The translations under genes and the position numbers were made by a program. Below the pieces are notes generated by a model, which saw only the letters and a program-made list of their open reading frames with translations, made no database searches and was not told the origin of the DNA. Of a DNA stretch of 20,952 nucleotides, positions 18,252 to 20,952 are shown piece after piece (position 1 is the first letter of the stretch; every line of letters begins with the position of its first letter). The stretch comes from Nitrospinota bacterium (lineage in GTDB: Bacteria > UBA8248). Where the stretch lies: NCBI GenBank assembly GCA_046581755.1, contig JAYGFR010000231.1, positions 1 to 20,952 of the forward strand, in the 5' to 3' direction.

Positions 18252-19018
18252 AGCCGGACCTCCACCCCACGCATTTTTAAATACCGCTTCGCCTCTTCCA
18301 CCGAATATTCTCCGAAGTGAAATATCGAGGCCGCAAGCGCCGCCTCCGCGCCCGCCGTCTCGAGGCCATCATACAGGTGCGAGAGTTCGCCGACCCCTCC
18401 CGAGGCGATGACCGGCACCGGCACGGCGTCCGCCACTGCCCGGGTCAGCTCCAAGTCGTAACCGTCCCGGGTTCCGTCCCGGTCCATGCTCGTGAGCAGA
18501 ATCTCCCCCGCGCCCAGCCGCGCCGCCTCCGCGGTCCATTCCACCGCGTCGATTCCGGTCGGTTTCGTGCCCCCGTGGGTAAAGGCCTCCCAACGGAGGG
18601 GCTCGCCATCGACCGAAACCCGCTTCGCGTCCACCGCGCAGACGATGGTCGAGCTGCCGAATTTCTCCGCGCTTCGCCGTATCAAGTCCGGGTCGCGGAG
18701 AGCCGCGCTGTTCATGCTCACCTTGTCCGCCCCCGCACGAAGCAGATCGCGCACATCGTCCTCGTGCCCGACGCCGCCCCCCACCGTGAGGGGGACGAAT
18801 ACACGCTCCGCCGTCCGGGAGACGACATTGAGCAGCGTCTTCCGGGCCTCCTTCGAAGCCGTGATGTCCAGAAAACAGATCTCGTCCGCGCCCATCGCAT
18901 CGTAGGCCGCCGCGCACTCGACCGGATCGCCCGCGTCGCGCAGGCCCTCGAAATGTATCCCCTTGACGACGCGGCCATCCTTAACGTCCAGACAGGGGAT
19001 AATCCGCTTGGCCAGCAT
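18248..19018 (-). CDS. hisF: Imidazole glycerol phosphate synthase cyclase subunit
   Basis: Motifs [60 protein letters not shown]. Confidence 0.98.
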   Translation of the reverse strand: MLAKRIIPCLDVKDGRVVKGIHFEGLRDAGDPVECAAAYDAMGADEICFLDITASKEARKTLLNVVSRTAERVFVPLTVGGGVGHEDDVRDLLRAGADKVSMNSAALRDPDLIRRSAEKFGSSTIVCAVDAKRVSVDGEPLRWEAFTHGGTKPTGIDAVEWTAEAARLGAGEILLTSMDRDGTRDGYDLELTRAVADAVPVPVIASGGVGELSHLYDGLETAGAEAALAASIFHFGEYSVEEAKRYLKMRGVEVRL

Positions 19019-19737
19019 CAGACCCGCGCCAGCGCTTTTTTGAGATCGAACGTGCCCTCATACAGCGCGCGCCCGACAACCGCCCCGATCACCCCGTCCG
19101 CCGCCAGCGGAAGGAGCTTGTCCACGTCTTCCATCCGGCTGAACCCGCCCGCCGCGATGACCGGAACGCTTGCCGCCCGCGCCAGGGCCCCCGTCGCCTC
19201 CGGGTTAAAGCCCTCGAGCATCCCGTCCTTCGAGATATCGGTGAAGACGATCCCGGCCAGGGGAAGATCCTCAAAGCGCGCGGCCAGCGCCTCGGGAGAT
19301 ACCCCGTCCCCTTCCACCCAACCCGATACGCGCACCTCGCCATCCCTCGCATCGATGCCCAGTAAAATTTTCCCGGGGTTTTCTTCGGCGGCCTCTTTCA
19401 GGAACGCGGGATTTTTAAGGGCGCTCGTGCCCAGGATGACGAAACTTGCCCCGGCGTCCAGGACGGCCCGGAGCGAATCCAGGCTGCGCACTCCGCCCCC
19501 GAACTGGACCGGAACGCCCGCCGTCCGCGCCACTTTCTCCAGCACCTTTAAATGCCGCGGGGCGCCCTCGAAGGCGCCGTCCAGATCGATCAGGTGGAGC
19601 CGCCGGGCCCCCTGCCCGGCCCAGTGGAGGGCCGACTCGACCGGGTCCGCCCCGTAGACGATCTCGCGCTCCTTTTGCCCCTGTATCAGGCGGACGCATT
19701 TTCCGCCCTTTAAATCCACCGCCGGAATGATCAGCAC
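19018..19737 (-). CDS. hisA: ProFAR isomerase
   Basis: Motifs [50 protein letters not shown]. Start set at GTG 19737. The stop overlaps the hisF ATG. Confidence 0.96.
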   Translation of the reverse strand: MLIIPAVDLKGGKCVRLIQGQKEREIVYGADPVESALHWAGQGARRLHLIDLDGAFEGAPRHLKVLEKVARTAGVPVQFGGGVRSLDSLRAVLDAGASFVILGTSALKNPAFLKEAAEENPGKILLGIDARDGEVRVSGWVEGDGVSPEALAARFEDLPLAGIVFTDISKDGMLEGFNPEATGALARAASVPVIAAGGFSRMEDVDKLLPLAADGVIGAVVGRALYEGTFDLKKALARV

Positions 19738-19902
19738 GCTCCGCCCCTCGAAACCCGGACTTCGGCCCAAATCGTTAGGGTGGCTTTAAACTGAAACGGG
19801 GCGGATTGCAAATGGCGGCGCGCGCCCTTTCCGATAGGCCTCAAACCGGGTAGGTTTAGCAGGTTCCCACTTCTTTTTGCCCTCGATTGAAGGAGAACTT
19901 CC

Positions 19903-20667
19903 ATGACTGGTTCGCCCGGATATTTTAAGGAAAAAACGATTGTGATCACCGGCGCGGCCAGCGGCATCGGCCAAGCGGCGGCGCAGATTTTCGCGCGCGA
20001 GGGGGCGAACGTCCTCTGCGCCGACCTCAATGAAGAAGGCGCGGTCCGCGCGGCGGACGAGGTGAACGAGGGCGGCGGCAGGGGGCTGGCGGCCCGGGTG
20101 GACGTGACCTCGCGCGAGGAGGCCGGAGATATGATCCGGCGGGCAAAATCGGAATTCGGCGGGGTGGATTTTCTTTTCAACTCGGCCGGGTCGGCCCTCC
20201 AGCGCTCGGAGTTTCTCGATATCGACGACGATCTCTGGGAGAAAACTTTCGATCTGAACGTGAAGGGGGTGTTCTACTGCATGCAGGCGGCGATTCCGGA
20301 AATGCTCGAAGCGGGCAAGGGGGTCATCGTTAACATGGCGAGCATGGCCCACCGCCGGGGCGGGCCGGGCACCTCGGTTCACTACGCATCGGCCAAGGGG
20401 GCCGTCCAGACGATGACGCTGGGGGTGGGCCGTGAGTTCGCGGACCGGGGCATCCGGTGCACGTCCATCTCCCCGGGGCCCATCGACACGCCGTTTCAGG
20501 ACATCTCCTCCCCCGAGCTGCTTCAGTCCATGAGGGATGCCATCCCGATGGGGCGCTTCGGCCGCCCGGAGGAAATTGGCGAGATGGTTCTTTTCCTGTG
20601 CTCGGACGCATGCGAGTACCTGACGGCGGACACGGTCTACGTCAACGGGGGCGGCGGATGGAGGTAG
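19903..20667 (+). CDS. Classical short-chain dehydrogenase/reductase (FabG-like, probably NAD-preferring)
   Basis: Motifs TGAASGIG, Asp at the end of beta2 (CADLN), NSAG, catalytic YASAK, PGPIDT, GRFGRPEE. AAGGAG SD. Substrate unknown. Confidence 0.92.
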   Translation: MTGSPGYFKEKTIVITGAASGIGQAAAQIFAREGANVLCADLNEEGAVRAADEVNEGGGRGLAARVDVTSREEAGDMIRRAKSEFGGVDFLFNSAGSALQRSEFLDIDDDLWEKTFDLNVKGVFYCMQAAIPEMLEAGKGVIVNMASMAHRRGGPGTSVHYASAKGAVQTMTLGVGREFADRGIRCTSISPGPIDTPFQDISSPELLQSMRDAIPMGRFGRPEEIGEMVLFLCSDACEYLTADTVYVNGGGGWR

Positions 20668-20952
20668 GGGGGAAACGCGGGCACCTGAAAATTTGGCAGT
20701 GATGAATAAACATGAGCGGGGAATGTAAAGGTGGGGAAGGAGATTTGATATAGTTGCTTTAACCGAGATTATGCAGCAACGACCTCCCCTTAGCAAAACA
20801 CGGCCTAATTTACTTCCTCTGCGGCGCCTCTCGCCAAGAAGTCCATAAAGTGGGCAAAAAGATACCCTCTTGGGTGCCCCTTCCATCCAAATCCACCGTG
20901 AATAAAGGATTTTCTCCATTTTGGGGCGCAATGCTCCCTTCTCCTCCGGACC

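Noticed and set aside
18317..19657. 446-aa plus-strand ORF, and similar ones at 15758-16813, 3322-4245, 2997-3827, 9640-10500 and 7029-7802
   Set aside because: All lie antisense to well-supported housekeeping genes and have Arg/Pro/Ser-rich or motif-free composition.
19786..20931. 381-aa minus-strand ORF
   Set aside because: Mostly the antisense shadow of the SDR gene, a well-known artefact for this family.
20800..20952. Possible 3' end of an off-window minus-strand gene
   Set aside because: All three minus frames are open to about 20810 and none shows a recognisable motif, so I cannot choose a frame.

Overview
This is a GC-rich bacterial core-genome window with nearly all genes on the minus strand. 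In transcription order (right to left): hisA-hisF-hisIE; a sigma70 promoter with a ~330-nt leader; mutS2-dnaG-rpoD-tRNA-Ile2(CAU)-C4 zinc-ribbon protein-rnhA-rnpB (RNase P RNA); an enoyl-CoA hydratase-family gene broken by two in-frame stops; ilvA-purH-folC-folP-TauE/SafE transporter; panB with its own promoter; and a CobS-like membrane protein. One SDR oxidoreductase is on the plus strand, divergent from hisA. The gene order resembles deltaproteobacteria/Nitrospinota-like lineages (inference only). I see no mobile element, CRISPR array or defence island, and no clearly new multi-gene system. The best leads are small. (1) The panB leader holds two hairpins with the same staggered bulged-A geometry (pan-motif-like), and the second buries the Shine-Dalgarno. 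(2) The CobS homologue has lost the HxDGxxDxxDG and MKDS motifs. (3) The crotonase gene has two nonsense codons but no frameshift. (4) The mutS2 leader carries a small CxxC ORF, a terminator-like hairpin and repeated boxes. All protein calls come from motifs recognised by eye, not database searches.
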